Shown here piece by piece: positions 25,128 through 36,823 of a stretch of DNA of 64,000 bases (position 1 is its first letter; each line of letters starts with the position of its first letter). Both the position numbers and the translations under genes were made by a program. The notes under the pieces are model-generated. The model did no database searches and was not told the DNA's origin. It was given only the letters and a program-made list of their open reading frames with translations. Location: NCBI GenBank assembly GCA_965228895.1, contig OZ245842.1, positions 2,176,001 to 2,240,000 of the forward strand, in the 5' to 3' direction. The DNA comes from Alphaproteobacteria bacterium (GTDB lineage Bacteria > Pseudomonadota > Alphaproteobacteria > SP197).

Positions 25128-25680
25128 TTATTGCGCCTATGCGCCGGACAACCCCATCCATGCCAGTTATCACGACACGGAGTACGGTTTTCCGGTCGAC
25201 GACGAACCCGCGCTGTTCGAGCGGTTGGTCTTGGAGATCAACCAGGCCGGCCTGTCGTGGGAGCTGATGTTGAAAAAGCGCGACGGCTTCCTCGCCGCAT
25301 ACGCCGGGTTCGACGTGGACGCCGTCGCTGCCTTCGGCGACAAGGACCGCGCACGGCTGTTGGCCGATGCCGGCATCATCCGCAACCGGCTGAAGGTCGA
25401 GGCCGCGATCTGGAATGCCCAACAGATCATTGGGCTCAGGAACAGTCATGGCGGCTTTTCGGCCTGGCTCGAGGCTCACAACCCCCGGCCGCATGACGAC
25501 TGGACCAAACTGTTCCGGAAGACCTTCAAGTTCACCGGGCCCCTGGTGGTCGAGGAGTTTCTGCTCAGTACCGGCTATCTGCCGGGTGCCCACACGACGT
25601 CATGCCCTGTTTTTGCCCGGATCAAAGCGTCCAATCCGCCATGGCTTCGCGCCGGTCTTGATCATGAGGAGCGTGCCTAG
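25117..25680 (+). CDS. tag: DNA-3-methyladenine glycosylase I (GTG start)
   Basis: YHDTEYG, LEINQAGLSW, GIIRNRLK; N-terminal Cys/His and C-terminal HxxxC zinc ligands. Confidence 0.92.
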   Translation: MSASYCAYAPDNPIHASYHDTEYGFPVDDEPALFERLVLEINQAGLSWELMLKKRDGFLAAYAGFDVDAVAAFGDKDRARLLADAGIIRNRLKVEAAIWNAQQIIGLRNSHGGFSAWLEAHNPRPHDDWTKLFRKTFKFTGPLVVEEFLLSTGYLPGAHTTSCPVFARIKASNPPWLRAGLDHEERA

Positions 25681-25693
25681 GTCTTTTGCGGCC

Positions 25694-25722
25694 TTGGAAT
25701 AGATCGACACCTTGCCTAGATT
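25694..25722 (+). promoter_or_regulatory. Candidate sigma70 promoter of proS
   Basis: TTGGAA-N17-TAGATT. Confidence 0.55.
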
Positions 25723-25758
25723 GGCGCCCCGCCGAACGGCCCAGCCACCAGGATCATC

Positions 25759-27081
25759 ATGCGACTGTCCCGATACTTCCTGCCGACCATGAAGGAGACG
25801 CCTGCCGAGGCGCAGATTGCCTCGCACCGGCTGATGCTACGCGCCGGCATGATCCGCCAATCGAGCGCCGGTATCTATTCCTGGCTGCCGCTAGGTTTTC
25901 GCGTGCTCAAGAACATCGAGCGCATCGTGCGTGAGGAGATGGATGCGGCCGGCGGCCAGGAAGTCCTGATGCCGACCATCCAGCCCGCCGACCTGTGGCG
26001 CGAGAGCGGCCGCTACGATGCCTATGGGCCGGAGATGCTCCGGATTCGCGACCGACACGATCGCGAGATGCTCTATGGGCCCACCAACGAAGACCAGATC
26101 ACGGAAATCTTCCGCGATTCCGTCCGTAGTTACCGCGACCTGCCGAAAAACCTCTATCACATCCAGTGGAAGTTCCGAGACGAGGTGAGGCCGCGCTTCG
26201 GCATCATGCGCGGGCGCGAGTTCTACATGAAGGATGCCTATTCCTTCGACCTGGACTTCGAGTCGTCGAAGCGTTCGTACAACATCATGTTCGTCACCTA
26301 CCTGAGGACCTTCGCGCGCATGGGCATCCGGGCGATCCCGATGGTCGCCGATACCGGACCGATCGGCGGTGACCTCTCCCACGAGTTCATCGTCTTGGCC
26401 GATACCGGCGAGACCGGTGTTTTTGCCGAGCAGGCGCTGTTGGACCGCGATCCCATTGCCGAAGACATCGACCTTGAAGGCGATCTCGATGCGGTCGTTC
26501 AGTCGTGGACCTCGCGCTATGCGGCAACGGACGAAAAACACGATCCCGCCAACTGCCCGGTCGACGAAAGCCAGCTTGTCCAGGCGCGCGGTATCGAGGT
26601 CGGTCAGATCTTCTATTTCGGCACGACGTATTCGAAGCCGATGAATTGTCTGGTCACGCTGCCGGACGGTGAGCGCGTACCGATCCATGGCGGTTCCTAT
26701 GGCATCGGCGTGTCGCGTCTCGTCGGCGCCATCATCGAGGCAAGCCACGACGACGCGGGCATCATCTGGCCTGACGCGGTCGCGCCGTTCGCGGTCGGCC
26801 TGATCAACCTGAAGACCGGCAGTCCGGAATGTGATGCCGCTGCCGATGATCTCTATAACCAACTCAACGATGCCGGCATTGAGGTACTTTATGATGACCG
26901 TGAGGAACGGGCAGGGGTCAAGTTCGCCGAGATGGACCTGATCGGCCTTCCCTGGCAGTTGACGGTCGGACCGCGTGGCCTCAAGAACAACGTTGTCGAG
27001 CTGAAGCGTCGGGCGTCAGGCGACACGCGTGAGGTGGCGCCGGCCGCCGCCTTGGCTGAAATCATCGATAGCGCCCTATGA
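25759..27081 (+). CDS. proS: Prolyl-tRNA synthetase (short form lacking the INS editing domain)
   Basis: [35 protein letters not shown]; 440 aa. Confidence 0.98.
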   Translation: MRLSRYFLPTMKETPAEAQIASHRLMLRAGMIRQSSAGIYSWLPLGFRVLKNIERIVREEMDAAGGQEVLMPTIQPADLWRESGRYDAYGPEMLRIRDRHDREMLYGPTNEDQITEIFRDSVRSYRDLPKNLYHIQWKFRDEVRPRFGIMRGREFYMKDAYSFDLDFESSKRSYNIMFVTYLRTFARMGIRAIPMVADTGPIGGDLSHEFIVLADTGETGVFAEQALLDRDPIAEDIDLEGDLDAVVQSWTSRYAATDEKHDPANCPVDESQLVQARGIEVGQIFYFGTTYSKPMNCLVTLPDGERVPIHGGSYGIGVSRLVGAIIEASHDDAGIIWPDAVAPFAVGLINLKTGSPECDAAADDLYNQLNDAGIEVLYDDREERAGVKFAEMDLIGLPWQLTVGPRGLKNNVVELKRRASGDTREVAPAAALAEIIDSAL

Positions 27082-28322
27082 TTACCGCGTTCGAGCGCAC
27101 TGTCGCGTTCCGTTACCTGCGCTCTCGGCGACAGGAAGGCTTCATATCGGTCACCGCCGCGTTTTCGTTGTTGGGTATCTGCCTGGGCGTGGCAGCCTTG
27201 ATCATCGTCATGTCGGTGATGAACGGGTTTCGCCACGAGCTCATCACACGCATCCTGGGTTTCAACGGTCATGTGACCGTGCTCGGCACGGGCGGTCTCA
27301 ACATCGGCAACTACGACGAACTGGCGTTGCGGCTGAGCGAGATCGACGGCGTCGTCCTGGCGACGCCGATGATCCAGGGTCAGGTGCTGGCGACGTCGCC
27401 AAACGCGCAATCGGGTGCTGTCGTGCGCGGCCTGACGCCAGAGGGGTTCAAAGACCAGACGCTGATTGCCGACAGCGTGAAGATCGGTTCGATCGACAAC
27501 TTTGGGACTGAGCCCGGCGTCATCGTCGGTGCCCAGTTGATGCATCGACTTGGTCTGAATTACGGCGACAACATCACGCTGATATCGCCCAAGGGTGTGC
27601 CGACTGCCTTTGGTACCGTGCCACGATCTGTCGCCTATCCGATCGTCGGTGTCTTTGAGGTCGGCATGTATGAGTTCGACAGCAGCGTCGTCTTCATGCC
27701 GCTCGATCAGGCGCAGGTCTATTTCAGGCTTGAGGATGCGGTCACCCAGGTCGAGCTCAACATCGATACGCCGAACGAACCGTTCGCCGTGCGCCGCGAG
27801 GCCCAGCAAGTCGCCAACCCGTTCTATGTCGTCGACTGGCAGCAGACCAACCGCCACCTCTATGGCGCGCTCCAGGTCGAACGTAACGTCATGTTCCTGA
27901 TCCTGACGCTGATCATCCTGGTCGCCGCCTTCAACATCATTTCCAGCCTGATCATGCTGGTGAAGGACAAGAACGCGGATATCGCGATCATGCGCACCAT
28001 GGGCGCGACACGTGGCGCGCTGCTCCGGATCTTCCTTTTGACCGGCGCCAGCATCGGCATCATCGGCACGGCGCTCGGCCTGATCATCGGCATCCTCTTC
28101 TGCCTCAACATCGAGAGCATTCGCCAGTTCATTCAGGTGCTGACCAGCACGGAACTGTTCCCGGCGGAGGTCTACTTCCTGGCCGAGCTGCCGGCGCGCG
28201 TCGAATGGGTCGAGGTCATCTCCATCGTCGTCATGGCGCTGGTGCTGACCTTCCTGGCGACGCTCTATCCGGCGTGGCGCGCCGCGCGCGTCGATCCGGC
28301 GGAGGCGCTGCGTTATGAGTGA
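27078..28322 (+). CDS. Lipoprotein-releasing ABC transporter permease (LolC/E family)
   Basis: [43 protein letters not shown]. Confidence 0.95.
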   Translation: MITAFERTVAFRYLRSRRQEGFISVTAAFSLLGICLGVAALIIVMSVMNGFRHELITRILGFNGHVTVLGTGGLNIGNYDELALRLSEIDGVVLATPMIQGQVLATSPNAQSGAVVRGLTPEGFKDQTLIADSVKIGSIDNFGTEPGVIVGAQLMHRLGLNYGDNITLISPKGVPTAFGTVPRSVAYPIVGVFEVGMYEFDSSVVFMPLDQAQVYFRLEDAVTQVELNIDTPNEPFAVRREAQQVANPFYVVDWQQTNRHLYGALQVERNVMFLILTLIILVAAFNIISSLIMLVKDKNADIAIMRTMGATRGALLRIFLLTGASIGIIGTALGLIIGILFCLNIESIRQFIQVLTSTELFPAEVYFLAELPARVEWVEVISIVVMALVLTFLATLYPAWRAARVDPAEALRYE

Positions 28323-28995
28323 CGCGGCGCTGCAGCTCAAGTCGATCGAGCGGACCTTTCATCAGGGCGGCCAGGACCTACATGTGCTGCGCGGTCTGAA
28401 CCTGACCTTGCGCCGTGGCGAGATTGCCGCGCTGGTCGGGCCGTCGGGCGCGGGCAAGTCGACGCTGCTCTATATCGCCGGGTTGCTGGAACGGCCCGAT
28501 GCCGGCGAGATCATCATTGCCGGCGACGTCTGCAACGTCATGCGCGACGATGCCCGCACGGCATTGCGCCGCCGCTATCTGGGCTTCGTCTACCAATTCC
28601 ATCATCTGTTGCCGGAGTTCTCGGCGCTGGAGAACGTCGTCCTGCCCCAGATGATTGCCGGAAGCGGCAAGCGGGCGGCGCGCAAACAGGCCCGCGCCTT
28701 GCTGGAGGCCATGGGCTTGAAGGAGCGGGAAACACATCGTCCGGCGCAGCTTTCCGGCGGTGAACAGCAGCGGGTCGCCATCGCGCGCGCACTCGCCAAC
28801 AACCCCGCCGTGCTGCTGGCCGACGAGCCGACCGGTAATCTGGATCACGATACCGCGCTGGAAGTCATGGCCGTGCTGGCCCGTCAGGTCCAGGAACGCG
28901 GGCTTGCCGCCCTGGTCGCCACGCACAATCTGGAGCTCGCCGCCAGCATGGACCGGATCGTTCGCCTCGAGGACGGTGTCCTCCACGCAGGTTGA
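28315..28995 (+). CDS. lolD: Lipoprotein-releasing ABC transporter ATPase
   Basis: [18 protein letters not shown] LolD motif, [16 protein letters not shown]. Confidence 0.96.
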   Translation: MSDAALQLKSIERTFHQGGQDLHVLRGLNLTLRRGEIAALVGPSGAGKSTLLYIAGLLERPDAGEIIIAGDVCNVMRDDARTALRRRYLGFVYQFHHLLPEFSALENVVLPQMIAGSGKRAARKQARALLEAMGLKERETHRPAQLSGGEQQRVAIARALANNPAVLLADEPTGNLDHDTALEVMAVLARQVQERGLAALVATHNLELAASMDRIVRLEDGVLHAG

Positions 28996-29064
28996 CCGAG
29001 ATTTCCACAAGGCGACCTGACGCCTTTCCCTTGGCGCAGGCGCGCCATCGTGGAATCCTCCGCC

Positions 29065-32000
29065 ATGGTCGCTGACTTCATCCATCTGAGGGTCCATAGC
29101 CCGTATTCCCTGCTGGAAGGCGCGGTCAAGATCCCCGATTTGGTTGATTTGGCGGTCCGCCACGACATGCCGGCGATGGCCATTACCGATACCGGCAACA
29201 TGTTCGGCGTATTGGAGTTTTCCGCCAAGTGTGCGGAGACCGGCGTCCAGCCGATCATCGGCCTGCTGCTGGCAATCAGCGATGGCGATCAGCCGCATAA
29301 CGCGCCGGACGAGCGCCTTCTTTTGCTGGCCCAGGACGAGACCGGCTACGCCAACCTCTTGAAGCTGGTCAGCCGGTCCTATCTGGAGAGCGAGCCCGGC
29401 GACACCGCGCATGTCTCGTGGTCGGTCCTGGGCGAGCACAGCGAGGGAATCATCGCGCTGACCGGCGGGCCGGGCGGCCCGATCAACAGCCTGATCGTCA
29501 ACGGGCAGCTTGACGCGGCGCGCGAGCGGATCGCCGAGCTTCAGGCTATGTTCCCGGACCGGCTCTACATCGAACTGCAGCGCCATGAGCTGGCGGTCGA
29601 GCGCCAGGCCGAAGCCGACCTTGTCGCGATCGCCTATGAGCGTGAGTTGCCGCTGGTCGCGACCAACGACGTCATGTTCAAGGACGTCGCCATGCATCAG
29701 GCCCACGACGCGCTCATGTGCATCGCCGGCGGCACAACGGTGAACCAACCTCAGCGCCGGCATGCCTCGCCCCAGCAGTACTTCAAGTCCGCCGAGGAGA
29801 TGTGCCACCGATTCGCGGATTTGCCCGAGGCGACCGCCAACACACTGGCCATCGCGCGGCGATGCGGTGTGATGGCGCCAAAACGCGATCCGATCCTGCC
29901 CCGGTTTCCCACGTCTGACGGCATCAGCGAGGCCGACGAACTGCGCAATCAGGCACGCGAAGGGCTCGACGAGAGGCTCGCGGCTTGTTTCTCGACGGGG
30001 GCTCTGGAGGAAGACAACCGCGAGGCGCTCACGAAAGAATACCGGGAGCGCCTGGAATACGAACTCGACGTCATCGTCGGCATGGAGTTCCCCGGTTACT
30101 TCCTGATCGTTGCCGATTTCATCAAGTGGGCCAAACAGCAGGATATTCCGGTTGGACCCGGGCGTGGTTCCGGCGCCGGTTCGGTCGTCGCCTGGTCGCT
30201 GACCATTACCGATCTCGATCCCATTCGCTTCGGCCTGCTGTTCGAGCGGTTCTTGAACCCCGAACGTGTGTCGATGCCGGATTTCGACATCGATTTCTGC
30301 CAGGACCGGCGCGACGAGGTCATCCGCTACGTTCAGGAACGTTACGGCCATGATCAGGTCGCCCAGATCATCACCTTCGGTACCTTGCAGGCACGCGCCG
30401 TGGTGCGCGATGTCGGCCGGGTTCTGGAGATGCCTTATGGCCAGGTCGACAGGCTGGCCAAGCTGGTGCCGGCCAACCCGGCCAACCCGGTCAAGCTGAG
30501 GGACGCCATTGCCGGCGAGCCGCAATTGCAGGAGGCTCGTGACAGCGACGAACAGGTCGCCCGGCTGCTCGATATCGCGCTGAAGCTGGAGGGCCTCTAC
30601 CGGCACGCCAGCACCCATGCCGCCGGTGTGGTGATCGGCGACCGGCCGCTCGACGAGCTGGTGCCGCTCTACCGCGATCCGCGCTCGGATATGCCGGTTA
30701 CCCAGTTCCACATGAAGGACGTTGAGAAGGCCGGTCTGGTCAAGTTCGACTTTCTGGGCCTAAAGACGCTGACCGTGCTGCAATACGCGGTCCGTTATCT
30801 GGCCGAGGGCGGCCTTGATCTGGATCTGGCGAACCTGCCGCTCGACGACAAGGCTGCCTATGAGGTGCTGGGCCGTGCTGAGACGGTCGGCATCTTCCAG
30901 TTGGAAGGCCAGGGCATGCGCGATGCCTTGCGCCAGCTCAAGGCCGACAAGATTGAAGACATCATCGCCATGGTGGCGCTCTATCGCCCGGGACCGATGG
31001 ACAACATCCCCAGCTTCATCGCCCGCAAACACGGCGATGAAGAGGTCGACTATCTGGAGCCGCGCCTGAAGGAGATGCTGACCGAGACCTATGGCGTCAT
31101 CATCTACCAGGAACAGGTGATGGAAATCGCCAAGATCCTGTCGGGCTATAGCCTGGGCGATGCCGACCTTCTGCGCCGCGCCATGGGCAAAAAGATCAAG
31201 GCGGAGATGGACGCCCAACGCGAGCGCTTCGTGTCCGGCGCGATGGAGCGCGACCTCAAGGAATCCAAGGCGAGCTACATCTTCGATCTGGTCGCCAAGT
31301 TCGCGGGCTACGGTTTTAACAAGAGCCACGCCGCAGCCTACGCACTGATCGCCTATCAGACGGCTTATCTGAAGGCCAACCACCCCGTCGAGTTCCTGGC
31401 CGCATCGATGACGCTCGACATGGGCACAACCGACAAGCTCAATGTCTTCCGTCAGGAACTGAACCGCCTGGAGATCGAACTGCTACCGCCCGACGTTAAC
31501 GCGTCCGGCGTCGAGTTTACGGTCGAGCGGCGCGAGGATGGGACCAAGGCCGTGCGCTATGCCCTGGCGGCGATCAAGAATGTCGGCGCCCAGGCCATGG
31601 CGGATCTGGTGGCCGAGCGCGAGGCGAACGGCCCGTTCACCGACTTGTTCGACTTCGCCCAGCGCTTGGAAAACCGGGTCATGAACAAACGCCAGGTCGA
31701 AAATCTGGCACGTGCCGGTGCCTTCGATCGGCTGGAACCGAACCGGGCAAAGGTTGTCGGCAATGTCGACCTTTTGGTCCGCTTCAACACGGTGGCCGCC
31801 GAGGAGCGCGAAAGTCAGCAGGAAAGCCTGTTCGGCGGCGGTGGCGGCGGCGAGGGGCCCGCGCTGCCCAATCTTGCCGAGGTCGACGATTGGCTGCCAA
31901 GCGATCGGTTGCGTGAGGAGTTCGAGGCGATTGGCTTTCATCTGACCGCGCATCCGCTTGAGCCGTATGCCGAGGCCCTCGATCGGATGGGTGTTGTGAC

Positions 32001-32595
32001 CTTCACTGAGGCAAGCGATCGTGCGCTTAATCAGGGCGCCAGCGTCTTCAAGCTGGCGGGTGTACCGGTCTCGCGTCGTGAGCGGACCAGCGGTAAGGGC
32101 TCGCGCTTTGCCTTCGCGATGGTGTCGGATACCAGCGGGTCCCACGAAATCGTGCTGTTTTCAGAGGTCCTGGCCGCCAGTCGCGACCTACTGGACGACC
32201 AAAAGCCGGTTTTGATCGATGCCAGCGCCCGGGTCGACGGCGATACGGTCAAGTTTTCGGCCAATCGGCTGGAACCGCTCGATCAGGCCGCCGCCAGCGC
32301 CTCCGCCGCGTTTCAGGTCTGCATTACCGATCCCTGCGCCTTGCCGCGCCTCAGAAACTTCCTGGAAACCGCGGATTCGGGGAAAGGGCGGATCCTTTTG
32401 GTGATCGAGCAGGATTCGCGCCGTGTCGAGGTCGCCCTGCCGGATCGTTATGCCCTGTCGCCGGGCTTGCGGAGCTCCATCGAGGCGCTCAACGGGATCG
32501 GCGAGGTGATCGACCAGGAAAAGACCTCAGGCAGGCGCCAAACCGCTTGGCGCCCGGATCACCAAACCCTTGAAACCTCGGGCGCGGCGCGCTAA
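29065..32595 (+). CDS. dnaE: DNA polymerase III alpha subunit
   Basis: FIHLRVHS PHP domain, GRGSGAGS, PDFDIDF catalytic motif, YGFNKSH; no intein seen. Confidence 0.99.
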   Translation: MVADFIHLRVHSPYSLLEGAVKIPDLVDLAVRHDMPAMAITDTGNMFGVLEFSAKCAETGVQPIIGLLLAISDGDQPHNAPDERLLLLAQDETGYANLLKLVSRSYLESEPGDTAHVSWSVLGEHSEGIIALTGGPGGPINSLIVNGQLDAARERIAELQAMFPDRLYIELQRHELAVERQAEADLVAIAYERELPLVATNDVMFKDVAMHQAHDALMCIAGGTTVNQPQRRHASPQQYFKSAEEMCHRFADLPEATANTLAIARRCGVMAPKRDPILPRFPTSDGISEADELRNQAREGLDERLAACFSTGALEEDNREALTKEYRERLEYELDVIVGMEFPGYFLIVADFIKWAKQQDIPVGPGRGSGAGSVVAWSLTITDLDPIRFGLLFERFLNPERVSMPDFDIDFCQDRRDEVIRYVQERYGHDQVAQIITFGTLQARAVVRDVGRVLEMPYGQVDRLAKLVPANPANPVKLRDAIAGEPQLQEARDSDEQVARLLDIALKLEGLYRHASTHAAGVVIGDRPLDELVPLYRDPRSDMPVTQFHMKDVEKAGLVKFDFLGLKTLTVLQYAVRYLAEGGLDLDLANLPLDDKAAYEVLGRAETVGIFQLEGQGMRDALRQLKADKIEDIIAMVALYRPGPMDNIPSFIARKHGDEEVDYLEPRLKEMLTETYGVIIYQEQVMEIAKILSGYSLGDADLLRRAMGKKIKAEMDAQRERFVSGAMERDLKESKASYIFDLVAKFAGYGFNKSHAAAYALIAYQTAYLKANHPVEFLAASMTLDMGTTDKLNVFRQELNRLEIELLPPDVNASGVEFTVERREDGTKAVRYALAAIKNVGAQAMADLVAEREANGPFTDLFDFAQRLENRVMNKRQVENLARAGAFDRLEPNRAKVVGNVDLLVRFNTVAAEERESQQESLFGGGGGGEGPALPNLAEVDDWLPSDRLREEFEAIGFHLTAHPLEPYAEALDRMGVVTFTEASDRALNQGASVFKLAGVPVSRRERTSGKGSRFAFAMVSDTSGSHEIVLFSEVLAASRDLLDDQKPVLIDASARVDGDTVKFSANRLEPLDQAAASASAAFQVCITDPCALPRLRNFLETADSGKGRILLVIEQDSRRVEVALPDRYALSPGLRSSIEALNGIGEVIDQEKTSGRRQTAWRPDHQTLETSGAAR

Positions 32596-32598
32596 AAG
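32570..32598 (+). promoter_or_regulatory. Candidate sigma70 promoter of rpsB-tsf, inside the 3' end of dnaE
   Basis: TTGAAA-N17-TAAAAG; the -10 TAA is the dnaE stop codon. Confidence 0.6.
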
Positions 32599-32604
32599 CC
32601 GCTC

Positions 32605-32712
32605 CTTAAACCGCACGCGGACCTAAGGCTCCAGGGCTTTGCCCCAGCCATCCGGTGCCGGCTTCGGCCGGTTCTGTCCGCGGAGGCCCAACCGGTAAAG
32701 GAGACGACATCC
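32605..32712 (+). ncRNA. rpsB 5' leader (t44 / S2 autoregulatory-type structure)
   Basis: CGCGGAC(32616-22)/GTCCGCG(32676-82) closing stem, internal CCGGC-TTCG-GCCGG hairpin, GGAGGC..AACC motif resembling the t44 leader. Confidence 0.65.
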
Positions 32713-33630
32713 ATGGCGATGCCGCAATTTTCTATGCGCCAGCTTCTGGAAGCAGGCGTTCATTTTGGTCACCAGACACGCCGTTGGAACCCGAAGATGG
32801 AGCAGTTCATCTTTGGCGAACGCAACGACGTCCACATCATCGACCTGCAGCAGACCGTGCCGATGCTGCGCCACACCTTGCAGACCATCCGCGACGTGGT
32901 GGCAGGCGGCGGGCGCGTGCTGTTCGTCGGCACCAAGCGTCAGGCCCAGGATCCGATCGCGGATTCCGCGCGGCGCTGCAGCCAGTACTTCGTCAACCAC
33001 CGCTGGCTCGGTGGCATGATGACGAACTGGAAGACCATCTCGCATTCGATCAAGCGTCTGCGCGATCTGGAAGAGCAACTTGATGGCGATCTGGCCGGCC
33101 TGACCAAGAAAGAGATCCTGAAGATGACCCGCGAGCGCGACAAGCTGGAGCGCGCGCTGGGTGGCATCAAGGACATGGGCGGTTTGCCCGATATCCTGTT
33201 CGTGATCGATACCAACAAGGAAGACATCGCGATCGCGGAAGCCAACAAGCTGGGCATTCCGATTGCCGCGATCATCGACAGCAACTCCGATCCCGACGGT
33301 ATCGCGCTGCCGATCCCCGGCAACGACGACGCAATCCGCGCGATCAATCTCTATTGCGACCTGATCGCTGACGCGGTCCTGGACGGCATTCAGGAAGAAC
33401 TGTCGCAATCGGGCGCCGATCTGGGTGAGTTGGACGCCGTGGCGGAACCGGCCCTTGAGGTTGAGGTCGTGGTTGAAGCCGAGCAGCCGGCAGCCGAGGC
33501 GACGCCGGCCGAAGGAGCGCCCGCCGAGGCCGCTGAAGCCGCGCCGGCAGAAACGCCGGCTCCGGCCGATGAGGCCGCGCCCAAGGCCGATGCCGCCCCC
33601 GCAGCGGCGGAAGAAGAAAAGAAAGACTGA
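32713..33630 (+). CDS. rpsB: 30S ribosomal protein S2 with an acidic Ala/Glu/Pro tail
   Basis: [21 protein letters not shown]. Confidence 0.99.
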   Translation: MAMPQFSMRQLLEAGVHFGHQTRRWNPKMEQFIFGERNDVHIIDLQQTVPMLRHTLQTIRDVVAGGGRVLFVGTKRQAQDPIADSARRCSQYFVNHRWLGGMMTNWKTISHSIKRLRDLEEQLDGDLAGLTKKEILKMTRERDKLERALGGIKDMGGLPDILFVIDTNKEDIAIAEANKLGIPIAAIIDSNSDPDGIALPIPGNDDAIRAINLYCDLIADAVLDGIQEELSQSGADLGELDAVAEPALEVEVVVEAEQPAAEATPAEGAPAEAAEAAPAETPAPADEAAPKADAAPAAAEEEKKD

Positions 33631-33701
33631 TGTCGGCGGCCAATCCCGCCGCCTAGCGTGCAGGCAGCGAACCGCCAACCCGACGATAACGGAGAATACC
33701 G

Positions 33702-34637
33702 ATGGCAGAGATTACGGCTGCGCTGGTTAAACAGCTACGCGACAAGACCGGCGCCGGCATGATGGATTGCAAGAAAGCACTTGCCGAAAACGATGGCGAC
33801 ATCGACGCCGCCGTCGACTGGCTGCGCACCAAGGGCCTGGCCGCTGCCGCAAAGAAGGCCGGCCGCGTCGCGTCCGAAGGCCTGGTCGGCGTCGCGGTCA
33901 GCGATGACGGCAAGTCCGGCGCACTGATCGAGATCAACGCCGAGACCGACTTCGTTGCCCGCAACGACACCTTCCAGGCTTTCGTCAGCCAGTGCGCCAC
34001 GCTCGCCTTGGAGAGCGGCGGCGATATCGATCGTTTGGCCGGCATGGCCTATCCCGGCGGTGACGGCTCGGTCCAGGACCATCTGGTCAGCCTGGTCGCG
34101 ACCATCGGCGAGAACATGCAGCTTCGCCGCGCCGGCGCCGTCAGTGTCGATGACGGCGTTGTCGCCAGCTACGTGCACTCGGCCGCCGCGCCGGGCATCG
34201 GTAAGATCGGTGTCCTGGTCGCGCTTGAGTCGACCGGCGATAAGGAAAAGCTCGCGGCGCTTGGCAAACAGCTTGCTATGCACGTTGCCGCCACCAAGCC
34301 GGAGGCCGTCAGTGTCGACGACCTGGATCAGGCCTTGGTCGAGCGCGAGCGCAACGTGCTGGCCGAGCAGGCACGCGAGTCCGGTAAGCCCGAAGAGATC
34401 ATCGCCAAGATGGTCGAGGGACGGCTGCGGAAATTCTATGAGGAAGTCGTGCTGGCCGAGCAGACCTTCGTGATCGACGGCGAGACCCGTATCGCCAAGG
34501 TGCTTGAGGGCGCGACAAAAGACGTCGGTGCGCCGGTGGCAGTCGCCGGTTTCATACGCTTTGGCCTGGGCGAAGGCATCGACAAGAAGGAAGACGATTT
34601 CGCCGCCGAAGTGGCGGCCATGGCAAGCGGTTCCTAA
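33702..34637 (+). CDS. tsf: Elongation factor Ts
   Basis: [26 protein letters not shown]. Confidence 0.99.
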   Translation: MAEITAALVKQLRDKTGAGMMDCKKALAENDGDIDAAVDWLRTKGLAAAAKKAGRVASEGLVGVAVSDDGKSGALIEINAETDFVARNDTFQAFVSQCATLALESGGDIDRLAGMAYPGGDGSVQDHLVSLVATIGENMQLRRAGAVSVDDGVVASYVHSAAAPGIGKIGVLVALESTGDKEKLAALGKQLAMHVAATKPEAVSVDDLDQALVERERNVLAEQARESGKPEEIIAKMVEGRLRKFYEEVVLAEQTFVIDGETRIAKVLEGATKDVGAPVAVAGFIRFGLGEGIDKKEDDFAAEVAAMASGS

Positions 34638-34778
34638 GTTCGGTTGCCGGCGGGATTGGCGCCATCTTTGCCTCCTGGCTGCCAGCTAGGCGGCGCCGTC
34701 CGATTCCGCTAAGGTCAGCCCCGCTCGCCAGGCACGGTACTGCCGTGACGCGCGGGGCCAAGGACCACCAAGGGGACA

Positions 34779-35519
34779 GTGAGGCTGCGGGTGGGCGCTG
34801 ACTATCATCGTGCGCTGATCAAAATTTCAGGGGAAGCCCTGATGGGCGATCAGCCTTATGGGGTCGATACGGCCCAGGTTGATCGTATTGCCGCCGATGT
34901 CGCCAAGGCGCGGGACTTGGGCGTCCAGATCGGCCTGGTCGTCGGCGGCGGCAATATCTTTCGCGGTGTCGCCGGTGCCGCCCAAGGTATGGAGCGCTCG
35001 ACCGCCGATTACATGGGCATGCTGGCGACGGTCATCAACGCGCTAGCGCTGGAAAACGCGTTGGAGCGGGCCGGGCTCGACGCCCGCGTCCAGTCGGCGA
35101 TCCCGATGCCGACCGTGTGTGAGCCCTATGTCCGGCCCCGTGCGCTCAAACACATGGAAAGCGGCCGTGTCGTCATTTTTGCGGCGGGTACCGGTAACCC
35201 GTTCTTCACGACCGACACGGCAGCGGCGCTGCGTGCCGTCGAGACCAACTGTGACGTCTTTTTGAAGGCGACTCAGGTCGATGGCGTCTATTCTGACGAC
35301 CCGAAGAAAAACCCGCAGGCGGAGAGGTTTGACCGGCTAACCTATCATGAGGTGCTGACTCGCGATTTGAAGGTCATGGACGCGACAGCCATTTCGCTGT
35401 CACGCGAAAACCGTCTGCCTGTGTTGGTCTTTTCGATACACGAGTCCGGTGCCTTGGCCGATGCCTTGGTCGGCAAGGGGCGCCATACCTTGATTACCGA
35501 GGGAGGAGACGGTGGCTGA
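34779..35519 (+). CDS. pyrH: UMP kinase (start GTG 34779 or 34791)
   Basis: [25 protein letters not shown]. Confidence 0.98.
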   Translation: MRLRVGADYHRALIKISGEALMGDQPYGVDTAQVDRIAADVAKARDLGVQIGLVVGGGNIFRGVAGAAQGMERSTADYMGMLATVINALALENALERAGLDARVQSAIPMPTVCEPYVRPRALKHMESGRVVIFAAGTGNPFFTTDTAAALRAVETNCDVFLKATQVDGVYSDDPKKNPQAERFDRLTYHEVLTRDLKVMDATAISLSRENRLPVLVFSIHESGALADALVGKGRHTLITEGGDGG

Positions 35520-36069
35520 TCCCGATCTTAAAGATCTCAAGCGGCGTATGGACGGCGCTGTCGAGGTACTGAAACGAGAGTTCGCGGGACTGCGAACGGG
35601 CCGAGCGTCCGCGAGCCTGCTGGAGCCCATCACCGTCGAGGCCTATGGCAGCGAGATGCCGATCAATCAGGTGGGCAATATCGGCGTGCCGGAGCCGCGT
35701 CTCCTGACGGTGCAGGTCTGGGACAAGGATCTGGTCAAGAAAGTCGAAAACGCGATCCGCAACTCCGATCTCGGTCTCAACCCCCAGACCGACGGTCAGT
35801 TGGTGCGTATCCCCATTCCTCAGCTTGATGAAGAGCGCCGCGGCGATCTGTCGAAGATCGCCGCCAAGTACGCCGAGCAGGCAAAGATCGCGGTTCGCAA
35901 CGTGCGCCGCGACGGTATGGATCTGCTAAAGCGGATGGAAAAGGACGGCGAGATGTCGAAGGACGAGCATCATCTGTGGTCCGACGAGATCCAGCAGTTG
36001 ACCGACAAAGAAGCCGAAAAGATCGACGGTCTGCTTGAGACCAAACAAGCCGAGATCATGCAGGTTTGA
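35512..36069 (+). CDS. frr: Ribosome recycling factor
   Basis: [14 protein letters not shown]. Confidence 0.99.
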   Translation: MADPDLKDLKRRMDGAVEVLKREFAGLRTGRASASLLEPITVEAYGSEMPINQVGNIGVPEPRLLTVQVWDKDLVKKVENAIRNSDLGLNPQTDGQLVRIPIPQLDEERRGDLSKIAAKYAEQAKIAVRNVRRDGMDLLKRMEKDGEMSKDEHHLWSDEIQQLTDKEAEKIDGLLETKQAEIMQV

Positions 36070-36812
36070 CAGGCGTCATGGAGTCCGCCCACCAGTTCGA
36101 TGAGGAGACCGAATCCCCGGAGCACGTGGCCGTCATCATGGACGGCAACGGCCGGTGGGCGCGCTCACGCGGCTTGCCGCGCATCGCTGGTCATAAGGCA
36201 GGAGCCGAAGCGGTGCGCCGGACAATCAAGGCGTGCCGCGTCCTCGGCGTGTCGCACCTGACCCTGTTTGCGTTTTCATCGGAGAACTGGAAGCGTCCGG
36301 CTGATGAGGTCGACGACCTCATGGGTTTGCTCCGGTTCTATATCCGCAAAGAAGTTGAAGAGCTCGACAGACAGGGCGTCTCGATACGTTTCATCGGTGC
36401 CGATGACGGATTGCCCGAAGACATCCTGAAACTGATTCGCGATACCGAACGAGCCACCCGCGGTAACCGCAACCTGGTCCTGACCGTGGCCTTGAACTAT
36501 GGCAGCCGGGATGAACTGACACGCGCCGCGCGCGCGATCGCCAAGGACGTGGCTGATGGCACTATGACGCCGGACGATGTCGATGAAGCCGCGATAGCGC
36601 AGCGTCTGGATACCCTCGGCATGCCCGATCCCGACCTGATCATCAGGACCAGCGGTGAGCAGCGGTTGAGCAACTTTCTGCTGTGGCAGGCGGCCTATGC
36701 CGAACTGGTGTTCAGTCAGGTCATGTGGCCGGACTTTGACCACGAGGCCCTGAAGAGCGCGATTGACGAGTATCAGCGCCGTGAGCGCCGGTATGGCGCG
36801 GTGACCGGCTGA
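36066..36812 (+). CDS. uppS: Undecaprenyl diphosphate synthase (start TTG 36066 or ATG 36078)
   Basis: [27 protein letters not shown]. Confidence 0.98.
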   Translation: MTGVMESAHQFDEETESPEHVAVIMDGNGRWARSRGLPRIAGHKAGAEAVRRTIKACRVLGVSHLTLFAFSSENWKRPADEVDDLMGLLRFYIRKEVEELDRQGVSIRFIGADDGLPEDILKLIRDTERATRGNRNLVLTVALNYGSRDELTRAARAIAKDVADGTMTPDDVDEAAIAQRLDTLGMPDPDLIIRTSGEQRLSNFLLWQAAYAELVFSQVMWPDFDHEALKSAIDEYQRRERRYGAVTG

Positions 36813-36823
36813 CGACCGCCTCC

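Noticed and set aside
25759-27081. ProS lacking the editing domain and BirA lacking the HTH as possible truncations
   Set aside because: Both short forms are normal in alphaproteobacteria, and the catalytic motifs are intact.
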